In this document: one piece after another, positions 17,373-26,716 of the stretch
Numbering within the stretch: the first letter of the stretch is position 1
How the letters are laid out: each line of letters starts with the position of its first letter
NCBI GenBank assembly: GCA_001304315.1
Contig: LJUW01000004.1
Location: 1,018-65,017, forward strand
DNA: 64,000 nucleotides
Origin: a candidate division Zixibacteria bacterium SM23_73_2
GTDB lineage: Bacteria; Zixibacteria; MSB-5A5; SM23-73-2
Direction: 5' to 3'
Program-made: the position numbers and the translations under genes
Notes under the pieces: generated by a model
What the model was told of the DNA's origin: nothing
The model's database searches: none
Seen by the model: only the letters and a program-made list of their open reading frames with translations

Positions 17373-18180
17373 ACACCGCTTGATTCCAGCCCGCAGGACC
17401 TATCCCCTCAGTTAAAAAAGGCTCTTTTATTCTTTTTAATACCTCTTTTTTATAATTCCCATTATGAAGTTTAACTAAAACAGGATAATCAACCTCCAAA
17501 AGCATAGACAAATCGTTCATACTGTCCCCTAAACCTAAAGATACAAGCTCAGATTCCCATTCTTTTTCATACATCTTTTTAAGCATCCTTAAAGCTTCTC
17601 CCTTATTACTTCCCCCGGTCAAATGAAAAAGCTTCCCCCCTTTCACCATATTCAATCCCAGCTCGGTGAATTCATTTTGAATTATTTTCAAAGTATCCTG
17701 CTCCGGAGAGGTTATAAAATAAAAGGGTTCATCATACTCCCTTTTCTTTGCCAAAGAAGCCTCATTTTGGCTCAAACCGAAATCCTTTTGTATCTCCTCC
17801 GGGCTCATATCCCCGAATCCCTTAACTTTCAGTCCAAACTCCCCTGTTACCTCAAAAAGCTTTTCTCTTAAGACCTGATAAGTAGTGCCAAATTCCTTCA
17901 CCAGATACTTATCTTTCTCTTTCAGAGAAAAATCAACGGATTTAAAATAATCTTTTGGTAAAAATATAGCTCCCCCGTTCTCCGGGATAAAGGGATGATG
18001 ATTTTTCAATTTCTTCTGATAGACCTCGATCTCAGCCCTGGTCTTGCTTGTACACATTATCAGAGGAATACCCCTTTTTCTTAATTCTGCCAAAGCGGGT
18101 ATTGCTGGTTTAAAAGAATAGGTATGATAGTCGAGAAGGGTCCCATCCAGATCGGTGAATACCAATATCTTCTTTTTCAT
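17341..18180 (-). CDS. HAD-IIB phosphatase, mannosyl-/glucosyl-3-phosphoglycerate phosphatase (MPGP/YedP) family
   Basis: 'VFTDLDGTLLD' motif I, 'LIMCTSKTRAEI', 'GDSMND' motif IV. Size and spacing match the MPGP family. Confidence 0.65.
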   Translation of the reverse strand: MKKKILVFTDLDGTLLDYHTYSFKPAIPALAELRKRGIPLIMCTSKTRAEIEVYQKKLKNHHPFIPENGGAIFLPKDYFKSVDFSLKEKDKYLVKEFGTTYQVLREKLFEVTGEFGLKVKGFGDMSPEEIQKDFGLSQNEASLAKKREYDEPFYFITSPEQDTLKIIQNEFTELGLNMVKGGKLFHLTGGSNKGEALRMLKKMYEKEWESELVSLGLGDSMNDLSMLLEVDYPVLVKLHNGNYKKEVLKRIKEPFLTEGIGPAGWNQAVFGILERIEKD

Positions 18181-18185
18181 GATTT

Positions 18186-18893
18186 TCAGATATGAGAGAT
18201 ATCATCTGGTTTTTTCTTGGGTTCGCCTGTTGATTTGACCTTCTTTTCCAAAAAATCCTTAGCCATATCCTTCCCGCCCAGACCAAAAGCAATGGCCAAA
18301 GCTAAAACCACACCCCCTAAAAGTATGGAAAAAGTAGCTATCACCACCCCCTTAGCAATACCCAACTGTTCTATCCCCATTGCCAGAAACAGTATCAAAA
18401 TCAGAACGTGAACCGCGACCGAGATCGGCTTGGCTGATTTCACCTGGGCGTTGACCAGAGCAATCAATATAGCCCTTCCCACGAATCCAGCTAAAAGATA
18501 CCCGAAGATCAAAACCAGAACCGCTATCAAAAAGCGGGGAAGGTACACCAAAAACGATGCAGCCATCTGATCTACTGCCCCAACATTCAAAGTGCTCAAG
18601 CTCACCAGTAGAAATAAAAAAATCACTACCCAGTAAAGGATCAAGCCGATGATCTCCGAGGGAGTCCTTCTGACATTGGCTCTGGCCAAAGCAGTGGATA
18701 AACCGATACGGTAGCACAAAGTATCAAATCTCACCCCCTTTAGGATCTCACGAATCGCCACTTTCAGAATCCATGCCAGAATGAATCCCAAAACCACAAT
18801 GATCAAAAACACCAGGACTTTTGGACCTAAGACCTTCAGTTCTTCCCAAAACTGAACAAAAGGATTAGACGATAATATCAAATTCATAATCAC
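18186..18893 (-). CDS. Membrane protein with conserved-TM-helix repeats
   Basis: 6-7 TM helices with internally repeated hydrophobic segments. No other signature. Confidence 0.35.
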   Translation of the reverse strand: MIMNLILSSNPFVQFWEELKVLGPKVLVFLIIVVLGFILAWILKVAIREILKGVRFDTLCYRIGLSTALARANVRRTPSEIIGLILYWVVIFLFLLVSLSTLNVGAVDQMAASFLVYLPRFLIAVLVLIFGYLLAGFVGRAILIALVNAQVKSAKPISVAVHVLILILFLAMGIEQLGIAKGVVIATFSILLGGVVLALAIAFGLGGKDMAKDFLEKKVKSTGEPKKKPDDISHI

Positions 18894-18899
18894 TCCTTT

Positions 18900-20168
18900 T
18901 TATTTCCATCTGGATAAAAGATATCCTTTTTGTTTTTCAAATTCCTGACACAGATTTTCTATTTTCTCCTCCACCTCAGGTGGTGAGCTTTCCATGGTTT
19001 CATTGACAAAAGAAGCGGTTCTCCCCAAATAAAGAGGAGTCAAAGACCTCAGGATATGTTCACGGGTCATTATATTTTTATGAAAAGCTAAGGAGAAATC
19101 ATAGACTATCCTCACCCAGAGCTCTGCGGGTAATCTGAATTCCAAAACGTTATAAGAGGATATCCGATTCAGCTCAGATAGAACGTCTCCAGACAAGAAT
19201 CTATCCCAGACCGAAACTAAATCGGATACTCCGTACTTGAAACTCTCCACCATACCCTCCAGATTAACTCTCACCGGATCAGTTGCCACCTCGAATTTGA
19301 ACCCGAATTCCGGAACCGGAGTTGAATCTGTGACTCCAGACCAACTGTCATAATGGGTCTCCATAAGGTTAAAAACCGAGCCCACCACCTGGGAAAGCAT
19401 TGAGGAAAGGTCTGCTCCCGGATCTTTGGGATTATGAATTTTGGCGCCTAAAAAGGATTGACATACCTTAAAACCACCAGCAACCGAGGTGGTGGTCATC
19501 CAGATATCTATCCCGTATCTTGCCACATCGGTTTGATAGACCTTTTTATTCTTTAGGAAATGCGATAACATCTCTCCAGAAAAACCGAATTCACCCCCGA
19601 TCGGCTGTCTTATCCTTTTGCCGTACAAAGCCCTGGTCAGAGGATATACGATTGAATTAGTAATGGTACCATCGTATTTGTGCCTCTGATATAAAGGTGC
19701 CACAAAATCGAAACCGTGAAAAAGGATCGGCTCGATCAAAGACTCCATCCACTCCGGGGTAATGCTCCTCAGATCGGAATCTACCACTGCACAGGCTTTT
19801 GCCTCGAGAAGATGAGCTATCTCAAAGATGGTTCTGAAAGCACTTCCCTTTCCCGGAATACCGTGATAAGGGGTTACGATCTTGTTAATCAGATGGATCG
19901 GATGTTCGATCAAGATGGTATCGAAATCCTCCACCGCTGTCTCTTTAACCAGGTTGGGAGTCCCATCCTTAGATCCGCCATCTGAATTAATAAGCACGAA
20001 GTTATATTTGGAAAAGTACTTAACCAATCCTGCTGATACTGCTCTGACCACATGGGGTATGGTTCTGGCATTGTTGTAGCTGGGTATCCCCACTACTATA
20101 TCGGCTTTTTTGTATTCCTTTACTTTCTCTCTTACCTCTTTGTTTAAGATGCTTCTTGGCATAAACAC
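18900..20168 (-). CDS. GT81-like glycosyltransferase (glucosyl-3-phosphoglycerate synthase GpgS family) with ~100-aa C-terminal extension
   Basis: 'VVGIPSYNNARTIPHVV', 'LINSDGGSKDGT', 'GIPGKGSAF' and 'AVVDSDLRSITPEW' line up with the GpgS NTP-sugar-binding core (DxD = DSD). Confidence 0.55.
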   Translation of the reverse strand: MFMPRSILNKEVREKVKEYKKADIVVGIPSYNNARTIPHVVRAVSAGLVKYFSKYNFVLINSDGGSKDGTPNLVKETAVEDFDTILIEHPIHLINKIVTPYHGIPGKGSAFRTIFEIAHLLEAKACAVVDSDLRSITPEWMESLIEPILFHGFDFVAPLYQRHKYDGTITNSIVYPLTRALYGKRIRQPIGGEFGFSGEMLSHFLKNKKVYQTDVARYGIDIWMTTTSVAGGFKVCQSFLGAKIHNPKDPGADLSSMLSQVVGSVFNLMETHYDSWSGVTDSTPVPEFGFKFEVATDPVRVNLEGMVESFKYGVSDLVSVWDRFLSGDVLSELNRISSYNVLEFRLPAELWVRIVYDFSLAFHKNIMTREHILRSLTPLYLGRTASFVNETMESSPPEVEEKIENLCQEFEKQKGYLLSRWK

Positions 20169-21493
20169 TAACCCGCTAAAATCAAATGGATATCCATAAC
20201 GTTGGTATTGGTTGGACCGGTCTTTATCAGATCACCTAACTTTTCAAAAAAATGGTAGGAATCGTTTTGCTCCAGATACTCTTCCGGATTCAAGTTCAAC
20301 TTTTTTGCCCGGGAAACCGTGAATCCATCGCAGACTGCACCAGCAGCATCGGTCGGTCCATCGGTTCCATCGGTATTCAGGCTGGCGATCACAACATCCT
20401 TTAATCCCTCGATCTGGATAGCGGAAACCAGTGCAAACTCCTGGTTCCTTCCCCCCAATCCATCTCCCTTGACTTTCACCGTGGTTTCACCACCGGAGAT
20501 TACACATGCAGGGGTGGGAACAATTTTTCCCTCAACTCTTATTTTTCTGGCTAACTCAGCATGTTTAAAAGCAGCCTCTCTGGTATCACCTGAGATGGTC
20601 GATGACAAAATAAGGATATTAAAATCAAGTTCTTTTGCCTTTCTCTCCGCCTCCTTTAAAGCTAAAACATTCGATCCCACAATTATGTTTTTCACTTTTT
20701 CAAAAATCGAATCACCGGACTTTAACGTTTCGAAATCTTTTTTGTTTTGATTCTCTTCTAAAAACTTCTTTATAGTTTCCGGGATCTCATTTATCAATTC
20801 ATACTTCTCAAGAATCTCAAGACAATCTCCGAAAGTTGTAGGGTCAGGTGCAGTAGGTCCAGAGGCAATAGAATCCAATCTATCCCCGATAACATCTGAC
20901 AGTATTAAGGATACTATTTGAGCCGGGTAAGCTAACTTGGCTAATTTTCCTCCTTTAACCCGGGAGATGTGTTTTCTTATGGTGTTTATCTCATCTATGT
21001 TAGCTCCGCACTCCAGAAGAAGCGAAGTTATCTTTTTCTTATCCTCCAGATCGATTCCCTCCAAGGGAGAAGTTAAAAGAGCTGATCCTCCTCCTGAAAG
21101 AAGACAGATAACCAAATCGTTTTCAGATGCCTGGGAGAGGATTTCGATTATTCTTTCCGTTCCCAAAATCCCGCTTTGGTCAGGGATGGGGTGACTTCCG
21201 AAAAACAGTTCTATCTTTTTGAGGGAAGCTTCATAACCTGTTTTTGAAACAATTGCTCCGGAATCGATCAACTCCCCTAAAACCTCTTCGGTAGCCTGAG
21301 CCATCAGAGCTGAAGCTTTGCCCGCCCCCACTACAAAGATTCTTCTAATTTCCTCTAATTTTCTTCTGAAATCTCCAGTTTCAATATAACCGTTTTTAAG
21401 TTTCAGAAATCTTTTTACGCAAAGCTCTGGATTTGCCCCTTTCAACGACTCCTTTAATATTAAGTTAGCTTTTTCCCTCAATAAAGCTTCCAT
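20168..21493 (-). CDS. Glycerate 2-kinase (MOFRL family, GckA/TtuD-like)
   Basis: MOFRL N- and C-terminal domains. 'GGETTVKVKGDGLGGRNQEFAL' signature. Confidence 0.8.
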   Translation of the reverse strand: MEALLREKANLILKESLKGANPELCVKRFLKLKNGYIETGDFRRKLEEIRRIFVVGAGKASALMAQATEEVLGELIDSGAIVSKTGYEASLKKIELFFGSHPIPDQSGILGTERIIEILSQASENDLVICLLSGGGSALLTSPLEGIDLEDKKKITSLLLECGANIDEINTIRKHISRVKGGKLAKLAYPAQIVSLILSDVIGDRLDSIASGPTAPDPTTFGDCLEILEKYELINEIPETIKKFLEENQNKKDFETLKSGDSIFEKVKNIIVGSNVLALKEAERKAKELDFNILILSSTISGDTREAAFKHAELARKIRVEGKIVPTPACVISGGETTVKVKGDGLGGRNQEFALVSAIQIEGLKDVVIASLNTDGTDGPTDAAGAVCDGFTVSRAKKLNLNPEEYLEQNDSYHFFEKLGDLIKTGPTNTNVMDIHLILAG

Positions 21494-21513
21494 GGTTTTA
21501 TTTTGGGGGAAGT

Positions 21514-22722
21514 TTACTTATTATCTTCTGCTACTGTTTCCTTTAGTCTTTCCAAAAAATCTGGAATGGCAGAAGTAACTCTGTTCCAGTTGGGGATCTC
21601 AGGGATTCCCAAGGGATCATCCAAAAATTCTTTTCCAGCGATCTTAATTCCTTGCAGAAAAGTCTCCACTGCTGTCACCTCAGCATGTCGATCGAAAAAC
21701 AAATTATTTATGAAAGCATCATCCTCATATCTTTTTATGGTATCCTGGGCAGCCCTCAGATAGGTTCCGGTCAAAGTTCTGAGAAGACCGGCTGAAATTA
21801 TAATACCCTCCTGGGAGAGAGTTCTGAAAAGAGATTTGGTTATATCGATACACATTTTCAAAAGCCCTTTGGTTCGGTCGTCTGGAGAAAGCTCCTGATG
21901 TTTATGTTCGTAGGTATCAACCAGGTCAACCTGGCAGATCCTTTTGGGAACGCAGTTCCGATAGACCTCTGCCAAGACCCCTACCTCCAATCCCCAGTCG
22001 CTCGGGATCCTGATTGCTCTTGCCAGATCAACGTCCTGGCTGAATTCCCCGGCTAAAGGATAGCGAAAACTATCCAGATATACCAGAAACGGATGATAAC
22101 CTACGATTTTCTGCAAAGCGCGGACAAGTGGGGTGAAATATAGTCGGGTGACCCTTCCGAACATCCTGTCAGTTACCCTGGAGTAATAACCTTTGCAAAA
22201 CTCGTAGCCCAGATTAGGATTAGCCAGAGGGTAGCAGAGGCGAGCTAAAAGCTCTCGGCTGTAGTTTACTATGTCACAATCGTGTAGAACAATGACCTCA
22301 CTTTTCTCGTTAGCTATCACATAGCCAAAGGCAATCCACACTGATCTCCCCTTTCCATCCTCGCCCAAGGAAAGCTCGTTTTCATCCAGAAGCTTGTAAA
22401 GCTCACCTATCCTGGGACCGGAGCTCCAGACGATATTTATATCCAGATCAAGGTTTGACAAAATCTTTTTGGCCCTTTTGAATTCCATCGCATTGGTTTT
22501 GTTCATCACCATCACTATCTCGTTCAAATAGTTAACCTCTTTCAACTGCTTGAGAATGCTGGGCAAAGCCTTCCTCTCGAACTCCGCATAAACAGCGGGG
22601 AGGATTAAAGCCAGGGGTCTGTGATCTCCATGTTCCTTTATCTCAGCTTCCAGGGATTCAAGATCCCGGTTCCCTAATCTATGTAAAGTTGAAATTGCTC
22701 CTTGCTGAAAGAAATCACCCAT
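21514..22722 (-). CDS. GT55-like mannosyl-3-phosphoglycerate synthase family glycosyltransferase
   Basis: 'DGKGRSVWIAFGYV' and 'VLHDCDIVNY' blocks resemble the archaeal/bacterial MpgS 'GKGEGM...VDADNY' core. Confidence 0.55.
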   Translation of the reverse strand: MGDFFQQGAISTLHRLGNRDLESLEAEIKEHGDHRPLALILPAVYAEFERKALPSILKQLKEVNYLNEIVMVMNKTNAMEFKRAKKILSNLDLDINIVWSSGPRIGELYKLLDENELSLGEDGKGRSVWIAFGYVIANEKSEVIVLHDCDIVNYSRELLARLCYPLANPNLGYEFCKGYYSRVTDRMFGRVTRLYFTPLVRALQKIVGYHPFLVYLDSFRYPLAGEFSQDVDLARAIRIPSDWGLEVGVLAEVYRNCVPKRICQVDLVDTYEHKHQELSPDDRTKGLLKMCIDITKSLFRTLSQEGIIISAGLLRTLTGTYLRAAQDTIKRYEDDAFINNLFFDRHAEVTAVETFLQGIKIAGKEFLDDPLGIPEIPNWNRVTSAIPDFLERLKETVAEDNK

Positions 22723-22971
22723 CTCTCCCTCCTTTCCTATTTTAGTTTAGTATTCTAAACTTAAAAGTCAAGTAAAAACTAAATTTTCAATGGGTTTTCA
22801 CAAATGTGTGGAAAATCAGTATAAAAACAGTAAATAAAATAATAAAAAACCTCTTTTGTTTTAAACCTGCCAGATTGATACTGTCATTGCTATAGATTAT
22901 AAGATATCTCAGATCTAAAGCAATTTATCCAAACAATGCTTGTGAAAGGTAAAACAATTTTTTATCTTTAA

Positions 22972-23688
22972 ATGTGGTATCCGATGGGTAAAAATAAAAC
23001 CATAGAATCTCTGGTAAATAGCTTGGGCAAAAAGTTCTCAACTTCCCTTGACATCGATCTTTCGAAAAAAAAATCCCAGGAGATATTCAAATGGTTTTTA
23101 GCCTCGGTTCTTTTCGGGGCAAGGATATCCGAAACGATAGCGTGCAAAACCTTCAATGAATTTAAAAAAGAGGATGTCTTGACCCCCTCTGCTGTTTTGG
23201 AAACCGGCTGGGACGGGCTGGTAAGGATTCTGGATAGCGGAGGATATGTCAGGTACGATTTTAAAACCGCCACTAAACTATTGGAGATAACCAAAGATTT
23301 AATCGATGAATATAAGGGGGATTTACAAAAACTTCATTCATCTGCAAAGGATCAAAAGGATCTGGAACGGAGAATAAAGAATCTGGGAAAAGGTATCGGA
23401 GACGTTACTTGTAATATATTCTTACGAGAACTTAGGGGAATCTGGGGAAAAGCCGATCCTCTGCCCGGTGCTATGGTGATCGAGGGAGCAGGAAATTTAG
23501 GACTTTTGACTTCAGGTCAAACTAAAAGGAAAATGCTTCTGCAGCTGAAAAAATTGTGGCGGGAAAACAGGGTGAAAGAAAAGGATTTCTCTGATTTCGA
23601 GGCAGCACTATTAAGATTGGCAAAGGATTTCTGCAGGAAGAAAAAGTGCCATATCTGTGTGGTAAAAAATTACTGTATGAAAAAATAA
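22972..23688 (+). CDS. HhH-GPD superfamily base-excision repair protein-like, with C-terminal Cys cluster
   Basis: Helix-hairpin-helix-like 'LGKGIGDVTCNIFLRELRG' and C-terminal 'C-x4-C-x2-C-x5-C' resembling the EndoIII/MutY FCL cluster. Weak assignment. Confidence 0.35.
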   Translation: MWYPMGKNKTIESLVNSLGKKFSTSLDIDLSKKKSQEIFKWFLASVLFGARISETIACKTFNEFKKEDVLTPSAVLETGWDGLVRILDSGGYVRYDFKTATKLLEITKDLIDEYKGDLQKLHSSAKDQKDLERRIKNLGKGIGDVTCNIFLRELRGIWGKADPLPGAMVIEGAGNLGLLTSGQTKRKMLLQLKKLWRENRVKEKDFSDFEAALLRLAKDFCRKKKCHICVVKNYCMKK

Positions 23689-23748
23689 AAACCAAAACCG
23701 GTAGCCACAGACAAAAGCCTGCGAAATAAAAAATTTCAAGAAACTCGA

Positions 23749-24519
23749 ATGGAACCCTATCCTCGATACATAACACCGGGCTTTAAGCCATTCGATCCTC
23801 TGGAACTGGCAAGAAAAACGGAGGAGATCACTTGCCAGGGGGATTTAAAAAAATACTCTAAATTCTTATGCGCAGGCGTTTATCAGGGAATCTCAACCGG
23901 ATACACTGTAGGATGCTGCCTCAGGTGCATCTTCTGCTGGGTAAACTGGTCAAGGGATTTCCCGGAAAAGGGTATGGATTTTTACTCTCCCCAGCAAGTT
24001 TTTAAAAAGCTGGTATTCTATGCCAAAAAGAAAAATGTTCCCAGATTGCGAATCTCAGGCGGCGAGCCAACCTTAGGTAAAGAGCATCTTTTAAAGGTCC
24101 TGGATCTGGTAAATACCACCGACTACCTTTTCATTCTGGAGACCAACGGAATCCTTTTTGGATATGACAGGGATTATGTCTCTAAATTAAAAAAACATAA
24201 AAACGTGTATATTCGTCTCTGCCTGAAAGCCGGAACACCGGAGGGATTTGAAAAAAGGACCGGTGCAAAAGGTGATTTTTTCGAGCTTCCCTATCTGGGA
24301 ATAAAAAACCTGATGGAAGAAAATCTTAAGTTTCACGTGGCATGCATGAACGACCCGGCCTTGATGCCGGATTCGGAAAACCAGATTATGAAGAAAAAGC
24401 TCAAAAAGCTCGGATATTTCGATTATTTAGAGGAGGAGTTCTGCGATCCATATTATACCTCAGTCCAAAGATTAGAAAAAGCAGGTTATCACATATTTAA
24501 TCAGAAAAACAGAGATTAA
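23749..24519 (+). CDS. Radical SAM domain protein
   Basis: 'CCLRCIFC' gives CxxxCxxC, plus a 'SGGEPTL' glycine-rich SAM motif. Confidence 0.7.
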   Translation: MEPYPRYITPGFKPFDPLELARKTEEITCQGDLKKYSKFLCAGVYQGISTGYTVGCCLRCIFCWVNWSRDFPEKGMDFYSPQQVFKKLVFYAKKKNVPRLRISGGEPTLGKEHLLKVLDLVNTTDYLFILETNGILFGYDRDYVSKLKKHKNVYIRLCLKAGTPEGFEKRTGAKGDFFELPYLGIKNLMEENLKFHVACMNDPALMPDSENQIMKKKLKKLGYFDYLEEEFCDPYYTSVQRLEKAGYHIFNQKNRD

Positions 24520-24603
24520 AGTCAAAAAGGAATGCAAAAACTTGTTTTTGCGAAAAGATCACTAAATAATCAGAATATTGTAGGCTAAAAAAGAGATGAA
24601 AAA

Positions 24604-24660
24604 GTGAAAAGTTTGATTCTATCTGATTTTCACCGAAAAGAAAAAAACAATGTGGTGGAC
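24604..24660 (+). other. Duplicated 5' fragment of the downstream metallophosphoesterase gene
   Basis: 24611-24651 is about 80% identical to 24848-24888 ('ttgattctatctgattttcaccgaaaaga' versus 'ttggctctgtccgattttcacggaaaaga'). The ORF 24604-24828 reads through the MITE-like element. Confidence 0.5.
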
Positions 24661-24812
24661 AGGTCCCCTCAGGGTGACCGAGAACTCACATTTGTCATTC
24701 TGAACGGAGCAAAGCGGAGTGAAGAATCTCGGTTTTATGCGGTTTGGGAGAAGAGATTCTTCGTCCTACGGACTCAGAATGACAATTCTCGGTCAGCATC
24801 CCCTGACCTGTT
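24652..24812. repeat. MITE-like GC-rich palindromic element, copy C (about 160-bp near-perfect long hairpin)
   Basis: Arms 'ggacaggtcccctcagggtgaccgagaa' and 'ttctcggtcagcatcccctgacctgttc'. Internal 'gtcattctga...tcagaatgac' and 'gaagaatctc...gagattcttc'. Motifs shared with copies A and B. Confidence 0.65.
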
Positions 24813-24840
24813 CACAAGTCAGATTTGAAAGGAGAAAAAG

Positions 24841-25599
24841 ATGAACATATTGGCTCTGTCCGATTTTCACGGAAAAGACCAAATCTGGCCCGATTTTCTT
24901 AAAGCTATTAAAAACTCGGATTTTGACTTAGTTGTATTCACTGGTGATATTTTGAAATGGAGAGTAAAGTGCACCGAATGGGCAGAGGCGAAAAAGGAAA
25001 AAAGAATACCCGATAAAAACAAACAGGAAATAAAAGAGGAGATCGAAAAGAACACAGACAATTACTGGAAGTTCTATCTTCAAATTGCGAAACTACAGAA
25101 ACCAACCTTTCTGATACCAGGAAACGTCGATTCCCCCATAAGTCAGTATTTAAAAGTGGCAACCGAGGCGATGAAAAATCCCAACATCCACATAATCCAT
25201 CATTCCTTTTTCCTCTTTGGAAATTGTGTCATAGCGGGTTTCGGAGGTGAGATAACAGAAAAAGATAAAGAGGATTTCTTTGTTCTTCAATATCCCAGGT
25301 GGGAAGCAGAGTATGGGCTTGGTTTCCTTCCCAATTTAAATCAACCAAAGATATTGTTATTTCACACCCCACCTTTAGGAAAGCTTGATTTAGATAATGA
25401 TAAACACAAAGGCTCTATGGTAATAAACGACCTTATCCAGATATATAAACCCTCTTTAGTTTTTTGCGGACACGCACATAAGGCACGTGGAGAGGAAAAA
25501 ATCGGACCAACAAAAGTCATAAATCCGGGAGCTTTAAAAGATGGATTTTATGCTTTAGTGGATACTGATACACAAAAAGTGGACTTTATAAAGTTCTAA
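24841..25599 (+). CDS. Calcineurin-like metallophosphoesterase
   Basis: 'LALSDFHGK', 'FTGDIL', 'GNVD' and 'GHAH' metal-binding motifs. Confidence 0.7.
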   Translation: MNILALSDFHGKDQIWPDFLKAIKNSDFDLVVFTGDILKWRVKCTEWAEAKKEKRIPDKNKQEIKEEIEKNTDNYWKFYLQIAKLQKPTFLIPGNVDSPISQYLKVATEAMKNPNIHIIHHSFFLFGNCVIAGFGGEITEKDKEDFFVLQYPRWEAEYGLGFLPNLNQPKILLFHTPPLGKLDLDNDKHKGSMVINDLIQIYKPSLVFCGHAHKARGEEKIGPTKVINPGALKDGFYALVDTDTQKVDFIKF

Positions 25600-26023
25600 A
25601 ATTAAAACATCTTATATCTTAAAAGACTCAAAATTTAGCCAATTCAAATAATTTCTTTCGCATTTCTTTCTGATTAAAAAAAGAAGGATAGCTTGGTTGA
25701 AGCAAAGGAGGTGAGAACCGAAGTTTCCTTAGTTCACCCAGCTATCCTCGAGGCAGGCACTCTTTAAAAGAGCAATCTATTTTTTTTTATCGGAGAATCC
25801 TTTATTTTCTGAAGTGAATATAATCAAAAAATCTCTCTAAAAATAGTTCTGAGAAAGATTTAAACACATCCTCCAAAACATCTTTTTTCATAAAATTCTG
25901 AAGTCAAAAGATTTTTCATTTTTTTTTAAAGATTTGAATTTTTAAAGTCGATAGACATTTAGTGTGCTAAAACCTGATTATGGTAAATCGGGTTAAAAAA
26001 TGCAAAGGAGGTGAGAACCAAAG

Positions 26024-26413
26024 ATGAAGAAACTCCCACTTCTTTTACTGACTTTTCTTTTGACCTTCGCTTTTGTGGGTAATGCCAATGCCTGGGACGT
26101 TTGCGAGACCTCAGTGGAGACCTTGGAGGTAGCAGGCGTGGTAACCTTCACTTCCTCTTTCTGCAACTGTCTGAACGGGGATGTGATCACCATCGAGATC
26201 ACCCCTGATGATCCTTCAGTGACAGTTGATCGGGTAGAGTTCATCAAAGCCACACCGCACTGGGAGAGCAATGAAAGCTATGCACAGCAGGTAGTGGTAA
26301 CCGCCACAACCGCGGATGTGATGCTCTATTTGGTAACCGAAAAAACCCGCACCATTCACCTGTGGCTATACCTTTCCACCGGTGAACACATCGGGGTGAA
26401 CGCCCACTTCTAA
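26024..26413 (+). CDS. Hypothetical secreted protein
   Basis: Signal peptide 'LLLLTFLLTFAFVGNANA'. Strong RBS 'aaggaggtga'. Confidence 0.45.
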   Translation: MKKLPLLLLTFLLTFAFVGNANAWDVCETSVETLEVAGVVTFTSSFCNCLNGDVITIEITPDDPSVTVDRVEFIKATPHWESNESYAQQVVVTATTADVMLYLVTEKTRTIHLWLYLSTGEHIGVNAHF

Positions 26414-26447
26414 GGGACTTTTTTGCCCAAAGCATTCAATAAAAATG

Positions 26448-26531
26448 CGGAGGGCGCAGGATTCGAACCCGCAAGTCCTTACGGACGGTGGATTTCAAGT
26501 CCACTGCCTTACCAGTTAGGTCTAGCCCTCC
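26448..26531 (-). tRNA. tRNA-Ser (anticodon UGA)
   Basis: Minus-strand read 'GGAGGGC...GCCCTCCG'. 7-bp acceptor stem, anticodon loop 'CTTGAAA', long variable arm 'CGTCCGTAAGGACTTGC', T-arm 'GCGGGTTCGAATCCTGC'. CCA not encoded. Confidence 0.85.
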
Positions 26532-26656
26532 GGTGGTGCTGGTGGATAGTAGATAGTCATTAGTAGTTAGTAAATTATGCTCTATCACCTCTTTTATAAA
26601 TCATTAATCTAACCTAAAACCTTACGAAAATATAAAATCTTTCCTTAAAATCGCAA

Positions 26657-26689
26657 ACAAAAAATAAAAAGGCGGGGAAAATCCCGCCC
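26657..26689 (-). terminator. Rho-independent terminator after the M1 peptidase gene
   Basis: Minus-strand hairpin 'ggcgggattttccccgcc' followed by 'tttttattttttg'. Confidence 0.65.
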
Positions 26690-26716
26690 AAACATAATAT
26701 TTCCTTTATTCTGCTA

